A stretch of 64,000 nt of DNA from an uncultured Acidobacteriota bacterium (GTDB taxonomy: Bacteria > Acidobacteriota > Blastocatellia > RBC074). A model generated the notes under the pieces. The model ran no database searches. It had not been told where the DNA came from and saw nothing but the letters and a program-made list of their open reading frames with translations. Shown piece by piece: positions 51,365 through 63,297 of the stretch; position 1 is the stretch's first letter; every line of letters begins with the position of its first letter. Position numbers and translations under genes: made by a program. Location: assembly GCA_963800895.1 (NCBI GenBank), contig CAWDDA010000016.1:45901-109900 (forward strand), written 5' to 3'.

Positions 51365-51742
51365 CTATTCTTTGAACGTCAACCATGCCTGATAGGTAGC
51401 CTCGATCATAACGGCCCCAACAAAAGTTGCGAGGCCGATCGCGATGCCGAGCACATCGAACGCGCCGCTTAGAACGGCCAGCCAGGCGACAGCAACCAAA
51501 ACGAACCATCGCAGGATGAATTTCGAAGCCGTCCATCGAGGAACACGGCTATCCTGAGTGTGGACTGCGGGTGCAAGAATCGCCGCCGTGCTTGCTTTAA
51601 GCCAGCGCAAATTGAAGAGACACAAGACGCTGCCGAGAAGGACGCCGGACGTCATACGCCACCCTCGCGTCGTGAGGGTTACAATCGCCGCAATGACGGT
51701 CACGATGACCATATTACGCATTACGCGTTGCTCGCCTTCCAC
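51365..51742 (-). CDS. Putative ATP synthase protein I-like small membrane protein
   Basis: 125-aa 3-4 TM protein immediately upstream of atpB, position typical of atpI/atpZ. Confidence 0.4.
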   Translation of the reverse strand: MEGEQRVMRNMVIVTVIAAIVTLTTRGWRMTSGVLLGSVLCLFNLRWLKASTAAILAPAVHTQDSRVPRWTASKFILRWFVLVAVAWLAVLSGAFDVLGIAIGLATFVGAVMIEATYQAWLTFKE

Positions 51743-51812
51743 GCTCTTATGCTACCGCAAACCCGGAGAAAATGCGAGGCTTGAACAAAATTTCACAACC
51801 ACCGAAATATAT

Positions 51813-51950
51813 GGAGTTCAAGCTTTAGCCTGGGAACCTGTGCTGACGCGAAGGTTCAAGACGATTGAGTTTGCTCTCTCATTCGACTTGCTTGACAGCA
51901 TAGCTAAAGCTTGAACTCCGTACTAAGACACTCAGGCTAAAGCTTGAACT
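51813..51950. repeat. Family C palindrome plus extra half-unit
   Basis: Upstream of atpI-like gene. Confidence 0.8.
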
Positions 51951-51957
51951 CCTACAC

Positions 51958-53946
51958 TCACCCGCCCACATGCACCGCAGGCCGGCGCTCAGGGTCTGAT
52001 TCCGCCTGGCGTAGCACTTCGTGAGTTACAGGCGCAGTGTCGCCTTCACCAAAAAGTACAAAGCGCATCATATACGCAAGCGGATTGCCTTCGCTCCAAC
52101 CAAAATAGACATGCGGTATCTGACCGGTCTGATCGCGAAGGTATAGCAGGAGCGCTGCGATTGCATTGGGAACCGCGGGACTCTCGGTTCTAAGGACCTT
52201 GAAACCGTCGATATTCAAACCGCGAATACGGAGAACTCCCGCAAATTCTGACGCATCGCCAGGCTGAACTTCGAAAAAGACAATCGGATCTTCGATCGGA
52301 ATGTGATTGTCTTCCCGCTTTTCCTTCTCCTTTGCCTGATATTCAGGACCATCACCCTTATCACGCCGGTTGGCTATGATTCGAATGGTCCCCTTGCTCA
52401 TCTCACGCACGAAACTTTCGGCTGTATTGTCCAGCTCAACGGAATGGACCCTCAGCTCGATCGACCTCAAAGCGCGCGAGATGAATGACGCGAGGATAAT
52501 CGCGCCAATAAAGATTGACGCGATCTTGATGCCTTCCGGCCTCTCGATGATGTTCGTGATCGTGGTATAACCGAAAATTAGCGAGATGACCAGATAGATA
52601 TAACGACGCCAGCCCTCGTCCCATGAAGCCAGTGTTACAGCGATCGCAGCCGATGTCATCAATACGAGAACGCCCGTTGCATAGGCACCCTGCTGGGCAT
52701 CAACATCGGCATCGAAGATCACTGTTACGGCGAATGTGATCGCGATATACACGAAGACTAGAGGCCTCGATGCGCGCGCCCACTCGGGAGCCATTCCGTA
52801 TCGCGGAAGATATCGCGGAACGATGTTCAAAAGTCCTGCCAGCGCCGAAGCACCGGCAAACCAGAGAATCAGAATCGTGCTCAGATCGTAAGCAGTTCCA
52901 AACCACTCACCAAGATAAAGATGAGCGAGATAGGCGAGCGCGCGCCCGTTCGCAGCGCCCGCTTCCTCTGTTGCGGTTGCGGAGCGAAACTCGTGTGCGG
53001 GAATGAGCGTGGTCGTGACAATGCTGCTCAGAATAAGCAGCACGCTCATGATGAGCGCAGCACTAAGCAGTAACCGCCGTGTGTTGCGAATGCGGCCGAC
53101 CGGGTTCTCGTATGTGTCCCCGGGCTCACCACGTACCAGCGGCATGACCGCAATCCCAGTCTCAAATCCTGACAGACCAAGCGCAAGCTTCGGAAAGAGG
53201 ATCAATGCTACGCCTACGGCCAGCCATGGATTGCCATGGACTGAAGGAGCCGCGAGAATCGAGGACTTCCAATTCGAGAATGCTTCCGGATGATGTGCCA
53301 ACTCGATAAGACCCGTGAAGATGACAATCAGATTGAGGCTGATATAGGCGGCGACAAGGAAAACTGCCAACCCGATAGCTTCACGAAATCCCTTCAGGAA
53401 TATCGCACCGAGTATCGTTACGAGCACAAGAGTCACGATTACTCGATGATGGAGAAATGAAGGAGTGAAAGGATTTTCGACGATATGAGTAGTAGCGTCG
53501 GCCGCCGAAAGAGTTATCGTAATAATAAAATCGGTGACTACGAAACCGAGAAGCACAAGAACAAAGAGCTTGCCTTTCCATCGGGCAAGCAGGTTCTCCA
53601 GCATCGAGATCGAGCCCTCGCCGTGCGGACTCTCACGGGCAACCCGGCTGTAAATGGGCAGCGCTCCGAACAATGTCAGCAAGATGAGGAAGAACGTGGC
53701 TATCGGAGAAAGCGCCCCGGCGGCGAGAAAAGCGATGCCCGGCTGATAGCCCAGAGTGGAAAAGTAGTCGACGCCCGTCAGGCACATCACCTTCCACCAG
53801 GCGTGCTGATGGTGGCGACCCTCAACCTCATGCGGTCCCGAGGGTTGATCAATTTTGCCGCGCAGGAGCCAGCGTTTGAACCGGACCCTGGCCCAGCGGC
53901 CCATTCCGGGTGCTTCTTTGCGTTGCGCGATGGTCGAGTCCGACAT
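51958..53946 (-). CDS. APC-superfamily-like permease with C-terminal cytoplasmic domain
   Basis: 662 aa; 12 TM-like segments followed by about 200-aa soluble tail; weak APC-like glycine motifs. Confidence 0.4.
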   Translation of the reverse strand: MSDSTIAQRKEAPGMGRWARVRFKRWLLRGKIDQPSGPHEVEGRHHQHAWWKVMCLTGVDYFSTLGYQPGIAFLAAGALSPIATFFLILLTLFGALPIYSRVARESPHGEGSISMLENLLARWKGKLFVLVLLGFVVTDFIITITLSAADATTHIVENPFTPSFLHHRVIVTLVLVTILGAIFLKGFREAIGLAVFLVAAYISLNLIVIFTGLIELAHHPEAFSNWKSSILAAPSVHGNPWLAVGVALILFPKLALGLSGFETGIAVMPLVRGEPGDTYENPVGRIRNTRRLLLSAALIMSVLLILSSIVTTTLIPAHEFRSATATEEAGAANGRALAYLAHLYLGEWFGTAYDLSTILILWFAGASALAGLLNIVPRYLPRYGMAPEWARASRPLVFVYIAITFAVTVIFDADVDAQQGAYATGVLVLMTSAAIAVTLASWDEGWRRYIYLVISLIFGYTTITNIIERPEGIKIASIFIGAIILASFISRALRSIELRVHSVELDNTAESFVREMSKGTIRIIANRRDKGDGPEYQAKEKEKREDNHIPIEDPIVFFEVQPGDASEFAGVLRIRGLNIDGFKVLRTESPAVPNAIAALLLYLRDQTGQIPHVYFGWSEGNPLAYMMRFVLFGEGDTAPVTHEVLRQAESDPERRPAVHVGG

Positions 53947-54057
53947 CAGTCAAACCTGAGCGAGCGAGAGGTGCGGTAAAACGTGCAAGTTCGCGATGAT
54001 AGACGACCTTAAAACCTTAAGCAAAGCTTTCAGCACACATAGACTGGACCGGAGTCC

Positions 54058-55141
54058 TCAGTTCAATACCCGGTCAAGCGTCTGACCAGCATAGCCGGTC
54101 ATCTCGAGATACCCACGCCCCCGCAAACTGCGGCCGTCGCGCGTGCCTGCAACATCAACCGCGCCTTCCCAGTAGATCGACTCCGGTTGAGTCCTTCATG
54201 TTAAGCTCCTGGTTGTCGAGAGCCGCCTTTAATGTGATCTCTATGCGATGCGAAGGGATGCCGAGCTTCCATTCAACAGGATAGACAGCTCCAGTCATCT
54301 TTGATTTCCAGGTCCGAATCGGTTGAAGTTTGACGTCTCCTTCTCGCAGCTTCACATATTGGCCATTCTTGTCCACAAATGTTCCGCCGGATCTCGGATC
54401 AGTCTCATCATCGCGTCTTCTGAAAGCATAGAACATGATCTCGGTCGAGTCATCGAGCTGGATCGAGAACCAGTTCCACCCGATCTGCCCCTGTTCCAGA
54501 AAGCTTGTGCCGAATTCGTGGTCCATCCAGCTGGAACCAGTGACTTCGATGGCTTCGTTGCCGATCCTAAGCCGGCCGCGCGTTTGCATGCGTGTCAATG
54601 AATAGTAGTGCGAGGCGTTTCCTTCCTGCGCTCCTTTCTGACTGTAACCTTGTTCGCCATGCAAAACAGCGGTTTTCAATGGTTCAAGTGTTAGCTCGAT
54701 CGAATGGTCGCGGTCGCGTGCCCTCAGAATATGCCGACCTTTGTCATCGAGCTCAGCTTCCCAGTCTTCGTTCCACACACGATACTCGTTCGCGAGCGCG
54801 CCGGCCCAGCCGATCCCGGCTCGATTCAGCCGCTCAGTAAATCTGAATTCGGATCGACCGATGTCGCTGATCGCGAAATGTGCCATATGAAGGTCTCGAA
54901 CAGCCCAGCGTGATGGATTTACCGGCTTTGGCACAATCCCTACTCGGAAGAATGTCAATTGATAGCCAAACCGCCGCCCATCCGATGCATCGAGATTTCC
55001 AGTGTAATACCACCACTCTAACTTGTTATCAGGATGACTCGCGTGATCGCGCGGAAGCGAGGGTGTGTAACCCGGATCGGCAGGTTTCCAATCGATGGTT
55101 TGTGCAAGCACAAAGAAATAGAGAAAAGGAGTAATGATCAT
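54058..55141 (-). pseudogene. AttH/CrtC-domain (hydroxyneurosporene-synthase-like lipocalin) protein, C-terminal frameshift near 54180
   Basis: EWWYYTGNL...GYQLTFFR N-terminal motif; C-terminus [30 protein letters not shown] in alternate frame downstream of track ORF stop (54155). Confidence 0.55.
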
Positions 55142-55166
55142 TGCTCTCTCAAATGTAAACAGCAAG

Positions 55167-57749
55167 CTAAAGCTTGAACTCCATGCCTGCAAGACTTGCC
55201 TTCCAGGCCGGAAATATTCCGGACAGCAGGGAAGTCAGAAGTATGAGAGCCGTCGACTGGACGAGAAACGCTACAGGAAGACTGAACTGTATCGACCAGC
55301 CGAAGCTCTGAACATTGATGACATAGATCAGAACAAGCGAGAGCAGGAGGCCGACTATGATGCCGGTCGCGTGGCTGATCCCTCCGATCATCACGGCTTC
55401 GATCAACACCATCTTCATTATCTGCCGGCGCCCCGCTCCGACCATCCGCAGGATTCCAATTTCGCGCTTTCTCTCGATGATCAGAGTTAGCAGAGAACTC
55501 ACAATGCCGAGAACAGCCACCAGAATGGCAATCAATTCGAGAGCTCGCGTAATCCGGAACGTGTTGTCGAAGATGCGAATTACCTCGCGCCGGACAGAGG
55601 CATTTGTAAAGACCAGTGCGCGTGAGTCTCTCGGCAACATCTGCAGGAATTCGGATCGAACCTGATCCGGGTTTGCCCCATCGCGGAGATAGATCGCGAA
55701 GCTCGTGGTTCCCTGCTGACCGAAATGGCGGTGCAGTGTCCCGCGATCCATTATTACCACTCCCCGGTCAGTCGAATAATCGTAATAAATTCCGCCGATG
55801 CGGAATTCCCGGATGCCACTCGGAGTAGGCAGCCTGATGAGATCATCGATTGACTTGTTGAACCTGATGGCGAAGCTTTCCGAGGCAATTACCGAATCCT
55901 TTCCGATCGCCTCGAGCATCACGGACCGGGCATCACGTGGCGCCTTGAACGCGAGTTTTCCGAAATCTGCCGCGACGATGAAATCCCCTGACCCCACAGT
56001 CACAAGTCGCCCTTCGTACTCAACTTCAAAGCTGCGGAAGCGATCGATGGCAGCTATCTGAGGATGTGATCTGGCTGCCTCCTCAACCTCTGGCGAGATA
56101 GTGGCATCGACTGAAACGGTGCGGCGGGTCGACGGCCGGACGTAAAGGTCTGCAAGAATAGACTGATCGATCCAATAGATCACGGTCTCGCGAAAGCTGC
56201 CCACGACTACAGCAATCGCGATCATCATTGCGAGGCTTACAGCCAGTGCCGCGACCGAGATTGCAATTCTCGATATCGCGCCACCCAGGTTCGCGTTTGC
56301 CAGACGTCCCTCAACTCGAAGAATTCGGGCTAATGGGCGCCTGCCTGTTCGAACAATCCAGACGAGGATAGCTGGCATCGCGAGTGAGGCGCCCAGAATT
56401 ATCGCCGCCGCCGATGCGTAACCAAACACGGGAAGCCCGTCAACTGGACCGAGCTGTGCCAGGCCGAATGCTGCCGCAAGCAGTGTCAGTGGAAGTGCGA
56501 TTGAGCGCAATTTGACGCGAGTATCGATCTGGTCCCGGCCGCCTATCGCTGCGACGGGCGGGACTCGCGAAGCTTCAAGCGCGGGCACAAGTGCTGCCAG
56601 GAGCGAAAGCGGTACGCCTGTCGCGAACGCAGCGATGATATGCTTCAGACTGAGTTCAGCAGGGGCAGATGCGTTGGCGATATAGAGTGAATCGACCGTT
56701 GACCGGGTGAGATTGATAGTAAAGTCTGCAAAGAACTTCCCGAGAACTATTCCAACTATGCACCCCACGATTGCGAAGACTCCTGCTTCGGCGAGAAATA
56801 GTCCCGCTATGGTCCTGCGGGAAGTGCCAAGCGCTCTAAGCGTTCCAATCTCATGGCGCCGTGTGATAACTGAAATCGAGACAGTGTTGTAAATCAGAAA
56901 GAGGCCCACTATGAGCGCAATGTATGAGAGGGCTGCCAGGTTGAAATGGAACGCCTCGAGTATCTTCTCTACATTCATGCCTCGCCGCTCAGGTCTGTCT
57001 GCTATGAGACCTGCCGGAAGGCGTTCTCGAATGGCGCGGAGTGCATATTCGACATCGACGCCTTCACGCAGGCGGACATCGAGACGGTCGATTCGACCCA
57101 GTCTCTCAAAGGCTAGCTGTGCCGCGGCAATGTCCATGAGAACAAAGTTTCCGTCAAGCGCTCGGGCCGGACCTTCGTTTGCCAGTAGACCTCGAATTAC
57201 AAAGACGCCCGCACGATCACCGAAAACAAGCCGCAACTCGCTGTCGACATTCAAACCATGAAGCTGCGCCAGCTTTTCGGTGATGACAATCGAATTCGAA
57301 TCGGAGAGCAGACTCAGAAAATCCTGTGGGCGAAGTTCGCCACTTCCTCTCGCGTGAGCGAGCAGGCGGTAATCTCTGAGCGCGCGATCGCGGAGGACGT
57401 CAGTTCCAAGGACTTGCAATATTTCGCGGGTGCCTCCCGACAGCTCGGCGAGAGCGGTGCCATCGATGACGGGACTCGCCTGCCCGAATTCTCTGAGCCA
57501 GCCAAGCTCGGCGAGTCGCATCTCGTCCATCCCCGGCCCTGGACTTGTAATGCTGATTGCTGTCGCGCCGGACACCGCTTCGACTGCGCGTTCGAAGCCG
57601 CGGACAGAGCTCGCATTGGTCAACTGAATCGAGACGATAACGGCAATACCGAGCGCAAAGGCGAGGATCGTAACCGAGGAGCGAATCTTTTCGCTCGCAA
57701 GGTATCGCAAGATAAATCGCCTAAAGAGCAGCACGCGTCCCGCTTCCAC
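55167..57749 (-). CDS. ABC transporter permease, duplicated FtsX-like domains (MacB/YbbP-type)
   Basis: 860 aa, two 4-TM FtsX modules each preceded by large periplasmic domain; C-terminal residues AGMEFKL* contributed by family-C repeat. Confidence 0.8.
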   Translation of the reverse strand: MEAGRVLLFRRFILRYLASEKIRSSVTILAFALGIAVIVSIQLTNASSVRGFERAVEAVSGATAISITSPGPGMDEMRLAELGWLREFGQASPVIDGTALAELSGGTREILQVLGTDVLRDRALRDYRLLAHARGSGELRPQDFLSLLSDSNSIVITEKLAQLHGLNVDSELRLVFGDRAGVFVIRGLLANEGPARALDGNFVLMDIAAAQLAFERLGRIDRLDVRLREGVDVEYALRAIRERLPAGLIADRPERRGMNVEKILEAFHFNLAALSYIALIVGLFLIYNTVSISVITRRHEIGTLRALGTSRRTIAGLFLAEAGVFAIVGCIVGIVLGKFFADFTINLTRSTVDSLYIANASAPAELSLKHIIAAFATGVPLSLLAALVPALEASRVPPVAAIGGRDQIDTRVKLRSIALPLTLLAAAFGLAQLGPVDGLPVFGYASAAAIILGASLAMPAILVWIVRTGRRPLARILRVEGRLANANLGGAISRIAISVAALAVSLAMMIAIAVVVGSFRETVIYWIDQSILADLYVRPSTRRTVSVDATISPEVEEAARSHPQIAAIDRFRSFEVEYEGRLVTVGSGDFIVAADFGKLAFKAPRDARSVMLEAIGKDSVIASESFAIRFNKSIDDLIRLPTPSGIREFRIGGIYYDYSTDRGVVIMDRGTLHRHFGQQGTTSFAIYLRDGANPDQVRSEFLQMLPRDSRALVFTNASVRREVIRIFDNTFRITRALELIAILVAVLGIVSSLLTLIIERKREIGILRMVGAGRRQIMKMVLIEAVMIGGISHATGIIVGLLLSLVLIYVINVQSFGWSIQFSLPVAFLVQSTALILLTSLLSGIFPAWKASLAGMEFKL

Positions 57750-58437
57750 TGAGCTCTTGCTCTGTTGACGAGGACTCGATTCTCCCGTCCTTCATATTGA
57801 ACGTTGTTCTCGCGGCAGCAGCGGCTTCAGGCGAATGAGTCGCGAGAATAATAGCCATATCTGTATCCTGGTTGAGTTCCTTGAGGAGATGAAGCACTTG
57901 AGCACCATTGACGGAGTCGAGATTGCCGGTAGGCTCGTCTGCGAGAAGCAGTGCCGGCTTGTGGATGATCGCGCGAGCTATTGCTGCGCGCTGCATTTCT
58001 CCGCCGGAAAGCTGCGCAGGGTAATGTCGGACTCGACCGCTCAAACCCACTCGCTCCGCGAGCTCGCGGGCTCGAGCTTCTGCGGCGGCATCGCTTACGC
58101 CCGCGAGCATCAGTGGCAGTGCAATATTCTCTTCGAGCGTGAGGGTCGGCAACAGGTTGAAGAACTGAAAAACAACTCCGACACGCTCGCGGCGAAGCGC
58201 TGTCAGCCGATCGTCACTGAGATTCTGGAAGTCTATTCCTTCGATAGCCACGCGCCCGGTGCTGGGCCTGTCCATCGCGCCGCAGATGTGCAACAAGGTC
58301 GACTTCCCGCAACCCGAAGGCCCCATACAGGCAACAAAGTCTCCCTTTTGAAGCGTGAATGATATGCCGCGAAGTGCGTCAACCCGCGCTTCTCCGTTCG
58401 AGTAGGTCTTTGAGACGTTTTCGAGGGACAAGATCAT
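57721..58437 (-). CDS. ABC transporter ATP-binding protein (LolD/MacB-type)
   Basis: GPSGCGKST Walker [15 protein letters not shown] signature, [11 protein letters not shown] Walker B; track ORF start (58455) lies in heptamer repeat, Met 58437 (MILSLENV) more plausible. Confidence 0.8.
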   Translation of the reverse strand: MILSLENVSKTYSNGEARVDALRGISFTLQKGDFVACMGPSGCGKSTLLHICGAMDRPSTGRVAIEGIDFQNLSDDRLTALRRERVGVVFQFFNLLPTLTLEENIALPLMLAGVSDAAAEARARELAERVGLSGRVRHYPAQLSGGEMQRAAIARAIIHKPALLLADEPTGNLDSVNGAQVLHLLKELNQDTDMAIILATHSPEAAAAARTTFNMKDGRIESSSTEQELSGSGTRAAL

Positions 58438-58439
58438 AT

Positions 58440-58556
<117 letters not shown>

Positions 58557-58611
58557 CCGCTCTCTGCGTTGATTTCTTCTGCTACTCCATGCATGCTACG
58601 ATATCAGTAAC

Positions 58612-59613
58612 ATGTCTTTCATTCGATACGCTTGGGCGGTTCTTGCCTACAACCTTCTTGTAATAGTGTGGGGCGCATATGTGCGCGCGTCGGGATCGGG
58701 CGCGGGTTGCGGCAGCCACTGGCCGCTCTGTAACGGAAGCGTCCTTCCTCGAGCGCCGCAGATCGAAACTCTGATCGAGTTGACCCATCGCGTAACGAGT
58801 GGTGTCGCGCTTATTCTGGTCGTAATCCTCGTAATTCGGGCATTCAGGAACTATCCGCAGCGTCACAATGTCCGTTATGCATCACTGGCTTCCTTGTTCT
58901 TCATACTTACAGAAGCGCTGATCGGTGCCGGCCTTGTCCTTTTCGAGTATGTGGCGCAAAACACTTCAATAGCACGCGCTTTCTGGATGTCGGGCCATCT
59001 GATCAACACCTTCGTGCTTCTTGCTGCACTTTCCCTGACAGCCTGGTGGGCACGCGAAGCATCGTCAATGTCAATTAGATGGGGCCAGCGCTCGATCGTG
59101 TTTCTACTTGCAGCCTGTGCTTTTGGAATGTTCGTACTTGGTATCAGCGGAGCCGTCGCGGCGCTCGGAGACACACTCTTTCCTGCAACTTCTCTAGCGG
59201 AAGGCATCCGTCAGGATTTCACATCGACATCCCACATACTCCTACGTCTGCGGATTCTACATCCACTGATCGCGGTTGCAGTCGGCGCCGGTCTGATAGC
59301 ATTTTCTTTCTTTACTCGTTCTCGCCCATTCCTGAAGGCGCACCATGAGGTTAGAGCTCTGAGCACAACGCTCATCGTAATCGTTGTGGTTCAGCTTCTG
59401 TCAGGTCTTTTGAATCTGCTCCTGCTCGCTCCTATATGGATGCAGCTGGTTCACTTGCTGCTCTCAGATCTCGTCTGGATAGCACTTGTTTTGCTGGGAG
59501 CGGCAAGCCTGGCGAGGTCAGCTTCGGCGGCAATGAATCCAAACGCTGGCCAGTATTTCCCTGAAACAATGCGCCGGAAATACTCCTCCGCACGGGCGCG
59601 GTCACCATTGTAG
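58612..59613 (+). CDS. ctaA: Heme A synthase (CtaA/COX15 family)
   Basis: 8 TM protein; [11 protein letters not shown] Cys pair in loop; 3' 160 nt overlap opposite-strand TPR gene, C-terminal tail may be artefactual. Confidence 0.65.
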   Translation: MSFIRYAWAVLAYNLLVIVWGAYVRASGSGAGCGSHWPLCNGSVLPRAPQIETLIELTHRVTSGVALILVVILVIRAFRNYPQRHNVRYASLASLFFILTEALIGAGLVLFEYVAQNTSIARAFWMSGHLINTFVLLAALSLTAWWAREASSMSIRWGQRSIVFLLAACAFGMFVLGISGAVAALGDTLFPATSLAEGIRQDFTSTSHILLRLRILHPLIAVAVGAGLIAFSFFTRSRPFLKAHHEVRALSTTLIVIVVVQLLSGLLNLLLLAPIWMQLVHLLLSDLVWIALVLLGAASLARSASAAMNPNAGQYFPETMRRKYSSARARSPL

Positions 59614-60339
59614 AAGTGCCAGTTGCCAATGCCATATCCAACCGTGGCAATCTCAAGATCGGTCGCCTTCTCGACATTTACCAGATACTGATTCCTTTTT
59701 CAGGCCTTTGTAGAACAAGAGCCGGTCGAAATACGACTTGTTCTCTTTGATTGCCATCTCGGGTGTAATTCGTTCAAGCAGTCGGGCTGCTTCCGTATCT
59801 TTTCTCTGTCTGCGCAATGTCATGTAGAGCCAATCGGTGATAGCGACGATTGAATCGTCGTTCTTTGACTCAAGCGCAACGTCGTAACACTTACGATACT
59901 GCGGCTCAGCTTTACCGAACTCTCCTTTCAGGTAATGAGCAAGCCCGTAGTGATACCAGATGTCGAAGTCGCGCTCGTTGAGTTCGGCCGCACGGCGCAT
60001 GTCGGTTACAGCCTTTTCGAACTGACGTGTTGAGATGTAACGGTGCCCTCTATGCCGATAAAGCCGCGCATCGTTCGGCGCAATTGCAATCGCCTTCGTA
60101 TAGGTCGCGATCGCATCGCGGTAGCGCCAGACAGTGGCCTGGGCCCTGCCGAGAGCGATCATCAGATCGACGTTCTTTGGATCGGCGGCGAGTTTTTCTT
60201 CAGCGGCGCGCACCTCGCCCTTCTCGTCCGGCTGGGCCTGCAGCTTCACTCCCAGAAGCGACACGGCCTCAGGTTCTGGTTGTTGTTGATAGAAAGACAG
60301 GCCAAGCGCAACTGCGGCTATTATTAAGAGTGTCTTCAC
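59451..60339 (-). pseudogene. Secreted TPR-repeat protein, frameshift near 59695 (ttttt run)
   Basis: ORF 59653..60339 (signal peptide + TPR repeats) continues in another frame to stop at 59451 (…[30 protein letters not shown]…). Confidence 0.5.
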
Positions 60340-60394
60340 GGGTGGAGCCTCCCTTCATTGTCAAAGGAAACAGTGAGGTCTTAGGATACTTCGA

Positions 60395-61144
60395 ATGAAC
60401 CACGATGACGAGATACGACTGTTGCCAGTGCGTGGTCTGCCAGAGATTAGTCCTGGGGATGATCTTGCTGCCCTGATACTGAACTCTGATTACAAGCTTC
60501 TGACCGGCGATGTTCTGGTGGTTGCTCAAAAGATCGTCTCGAAGTCGGAGGGGAGACTGGTCGATCTCAAAACCGTCATACCTTCCGACGAGGCAATCGA
60601 GATCGCGCAGAAACAGCAGCGCGATCCGAGAGTCGTCCAGGTGGTACTGTCGGAATCAAAGTCGATCATCAGAGAGGATGCGCACGTCATCATTTCGGAG
60701 ACTCATCATGGGTTCATCTGCGCGAATGCGGGCGTCGACCGATCAAATGTGGCCGGAGCGGACTGGGTTTCACTGCTTCCCGTCGATCCTGATGATTCTG
60801 CGCGCAAGTTGAAAGTCCGGCTGGGTGAGCTCGCCCATATCGATGTTGCCGTCCTTATTACAGATACATTTGGCAGAGCGTGGCGTCAGGGTCTGACAAA
60901 TGCGGCAATTGGAGTCGCAGGATTGAGTCCGCTGCTCGATTTCCGCGGTCAGCAGGATGATCACGGCAAGGACCTTGTCGCAACTGTGCTCGCGATCGCT
61001 GACGAGCTGGCTGCAGCTTCGGGGCTGCTTATGAGAAAGACCGCTCGGATTCCAGTCGTGATCATCCGTGGTTACTCGTTCGATACATCGAGCGAGGGTG
61101 CATCCTCAATCATTCGACCCAGGGAGAGGGACCTTTTCAGATGA
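60395..61144 (+). CDS. cofE: Coenzyme F420-0:L-glutamate ligase
   Basis: [17 protein letters not shown]...[11 protein letters not shown]...[14 protein letters not shown] conserved CofE blocks. Confidence 0.8.
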   Translation: MNHDDEIRLLPVRGLPEISPGDDLAALILNSDYKLLTGDVLVVAQKIVSKSEGRLVDLKTVIPSDEAIEIAQKQQRDPRVVQVVLSESKSIIREDAHVIISETHHGFICANAGVDRSNVAGADWVSLLPVDPDDSARKLKVRLGELAHIDVAVLITDTFGRAWRQGLTNAAIGVAGLSPLLDFRGQQDDHGKDLVATVLAIADELAAASGLLMRKTARIPVVIIRGYSFDTSSEGASSIIRPRERDLFR

Positions 61145-62070
61145 TTACTGCCCTTGCCGGAGGAATCGGCGCTTCGAAGTTTCTCGATGGCCTCGCGCGC
61201 GTTATGGCGCCCGAGGAGATCACAATCATCGTCAATACAGGCGATGATATCGAACTTTTCGGTCTGTACATCGCGCCTGATCTCGACATTGTTACTTACA
61301 CTCTTGCCGGAATTGTCAATCAGGAAACGGGCTGGGGAATCGCGTCCGATACATTCGCTTGTTTGAATCATCTCAGTCTGTACGGAGGCGAAACCTGGTT
61401 CAATCTCGGCGATCGTGACCTGGGCACTCATATCTGGCGAACTATGTTGCTCAAGCAGGGCAGGACTCTTTCAGAGGCTGCCGAACATATACGTCAGTCT
61501 CTCGGAGTGCCCTGTAAGATCCTTCCGATGACTGATCTTCATACGCCAACTACAATCGTAACTGCCGAAGGTCCGCTTCATTTTCAGGAATATCTTGTAA
61601 AGCGGAGAGCTGAAGTGACTATACAGGGCGTGCGGTTTGAGAATATGGCAGAAGCCAGTCCTGCGCCCGGCGTTATCGAGGCGATTCACAATGCCGATAT
61701 CGTCATCGTATGTCCAAGCAATCCTCTTATCAGTATTGGTCCGATTCTGGCTGTGCCGGGAGTTCGAGAAGCGCTGAGGTCTACAAGCGCTCGAATCGTT
61801 GCTATCAGTCCGGTGGTGGGCGGGGCATCGCTCAAGGGTCCCACAGATCGCATGCTGTCCGACTTGAAGATGGAGGTATCCGCTCTCCAGATCGCCCGGA
61901 TGTACGCTGATTTTGCAGATGTGATGGTGATTGACCTTGCGGATGCACAACTATCGTCAATGATCGAAGAGACCGGGTTGAGGGTCTTCAGCACAAACAC
62001 CGTTATGAGCAATCCCGAGGTAAAGGCAGAGCTTGCGAGGAGCATCATCAACGAATGCGCTCGATCCTGA
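61141..62070 (+). CDS. cofD: 2-phospho-L-lactate transferase
   Basis: [15 protein letters not shown]...VNTGDD...GNLGDRDL motifs of CofD/YvcK superfamily in F420 context. Confidence 0.85.
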   Translation: MITALAGGIGASKFLDGLARVMAPEEITIIVNTGDDIELFGLYIAPDLDIVTYTLAGIVNQETGWGIASDTFACLNHLSLYGGETWFNLGDRDLGTHIWRTMLLKQGRTLSEAAEHIRQSLGVPCKILPMTDLHTPTTIVTAEGPLHFQEYLVKRRAEVTIQGVRFENMAEASPAPGVIEAIHNADIVIVCPSNPLISIGPILAVPGVREALRSTSARIVAISPVVGGASLKGPTDRMLSDLKMEVSALQIARMYADFADVMVIDLADAQLSSMIEETGLRVFSTNTVMSNPEVKAELARSIINECARS

Positions 62071-62667
62071 TTCCTGTTAAGGACCTTTCATGCGCTAAGC
62101 AGAGGCTCGCTCCGCTATTGACACAGGCTCAGAGGACAGAGCTTGCGTGGACGATGCTCGAAGGCACCTTTGAAGCTGCCGCGCGCGTCAAAAGCATAGA
62201 CCGGATCGCTGTAGTCACCTCTTATGCTCCTGTGATTGCCAGGTCAGTCGATTTCGGTTTCGAAGTAATTCTCGAGACAGAACAGATCTCCGAATCGACC
62301 TCAGTCGATTTTGCGTCGCGCAGATTGGAGGCTGACGGATTCGATGCCGTCCTGCGTCTTCCGATAGACATCCCGTTGATTTCGACCGAGGAGATCGAAA
62401 CGATACTTGCAGCTGACACCGACGCTCCGAGCTGCGTCATCGTGCCTTCCCGTGATGGGACAGGAACTAATGCCCTCCTTCGCCGCCCGCCGACGCTTTT
62501 TCCCTCGCACTTTGGCCCGAACAGCTTCGAGAAACACGTTGGAGACGCTCACCGGGCAGGAGCGAACGCTTACAATCATCGAACTCCCACAAGTCGCACT
62601 CGACATCGACGATCCAGGAGATATTCGAAGAGCTTGGAAGAGTTGGACGCGGAAGCGCGCCATATGA
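62055..62667 (+). pseudogene. cofC: 2-phospho-L-lactate guanylyltransferase CofC, frameshift near 62560
   Basis: [19 protein letters not shown]-terminus; C-terminus ELPQVALDIDDPGDI in +1 frame (ORF 62407..62667). Confidence 0.7.
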
Positions 62668-62789
62668 GTTGGTAATGAGAATGCTGGGACTGGAATTCAA
62701 CCACTAACGTCCTGCCCCTGCGTTAGTTGCTGCGGCGATTAAGACACTATTCTCCGCAGAATAGCGGTGAATAGACCCTTTGCGGTGCA

Positions 62790-62876
62790 AAAAGCTTTAG
62801 CTTGCTCTCGACAAGCTCGAATGCAAGAGCAAGCTAAAGCTTGAACTCCAAACTCAGCACTCAGCACTCAGCACTC
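62790..62876. repeat. Family C palindrome + (CTCAGCA)n tail
   Basis: Between cofC and PPOX gene. Confidence 0.8.
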
Positions 62877-62879
62877 TTC

Positions 62880-63280
62880 TTATCCCATCGTGCTGAAGCG
62901 CTCGGGTTTGATCTTATAGATGACTCGGACTTCACCTGGTTGGCGGCCGGGGTAACGATCAACACCCATGTATTTCTTTGCCATCTTGTCAATATGTTCG
63001 TCTGCGCCTGACAGGGTGCGCTCGACTACCGTGCCGCGTACTTCAAGGTAACGATAGGGATTATCAGGATCGAGGATTGACATCGACGTGCGCGGATCAC
63101 GTTGAAGGTTCCGATCCTTCATACGACCGACTGCTGTATTGATCGAGTACATGCTGACCATCGAAATCACACCAGACTGGGGTCACCTGGGGCGTGCCAT
63201 CGGGCATAAGGGTAGCCAGGTTGGCGAAGCGCCTTCTTGCTGAACAGGTCGATAAATTTTGCCGGGATCTGTTCTGACAT
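62880..63280 (-). pseudogene. F420-dependent PPOX-class (pyridoxamine-5'-phosphate-oxidase-like) oxidoreductase, two frameshifts
   Basis: Reconstructed MSEQIPAKFIDLFSKK|AFANLATLMPDGTPQVTPVWCDFDGQHVL|INTAVGRMKDRNLQRDPR...PDNPYRYLEVRGTVVE from three frames. Confidence 0.55.
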
Positions 63281-63297
63281 CTTTTCCTCCTTCTTTT

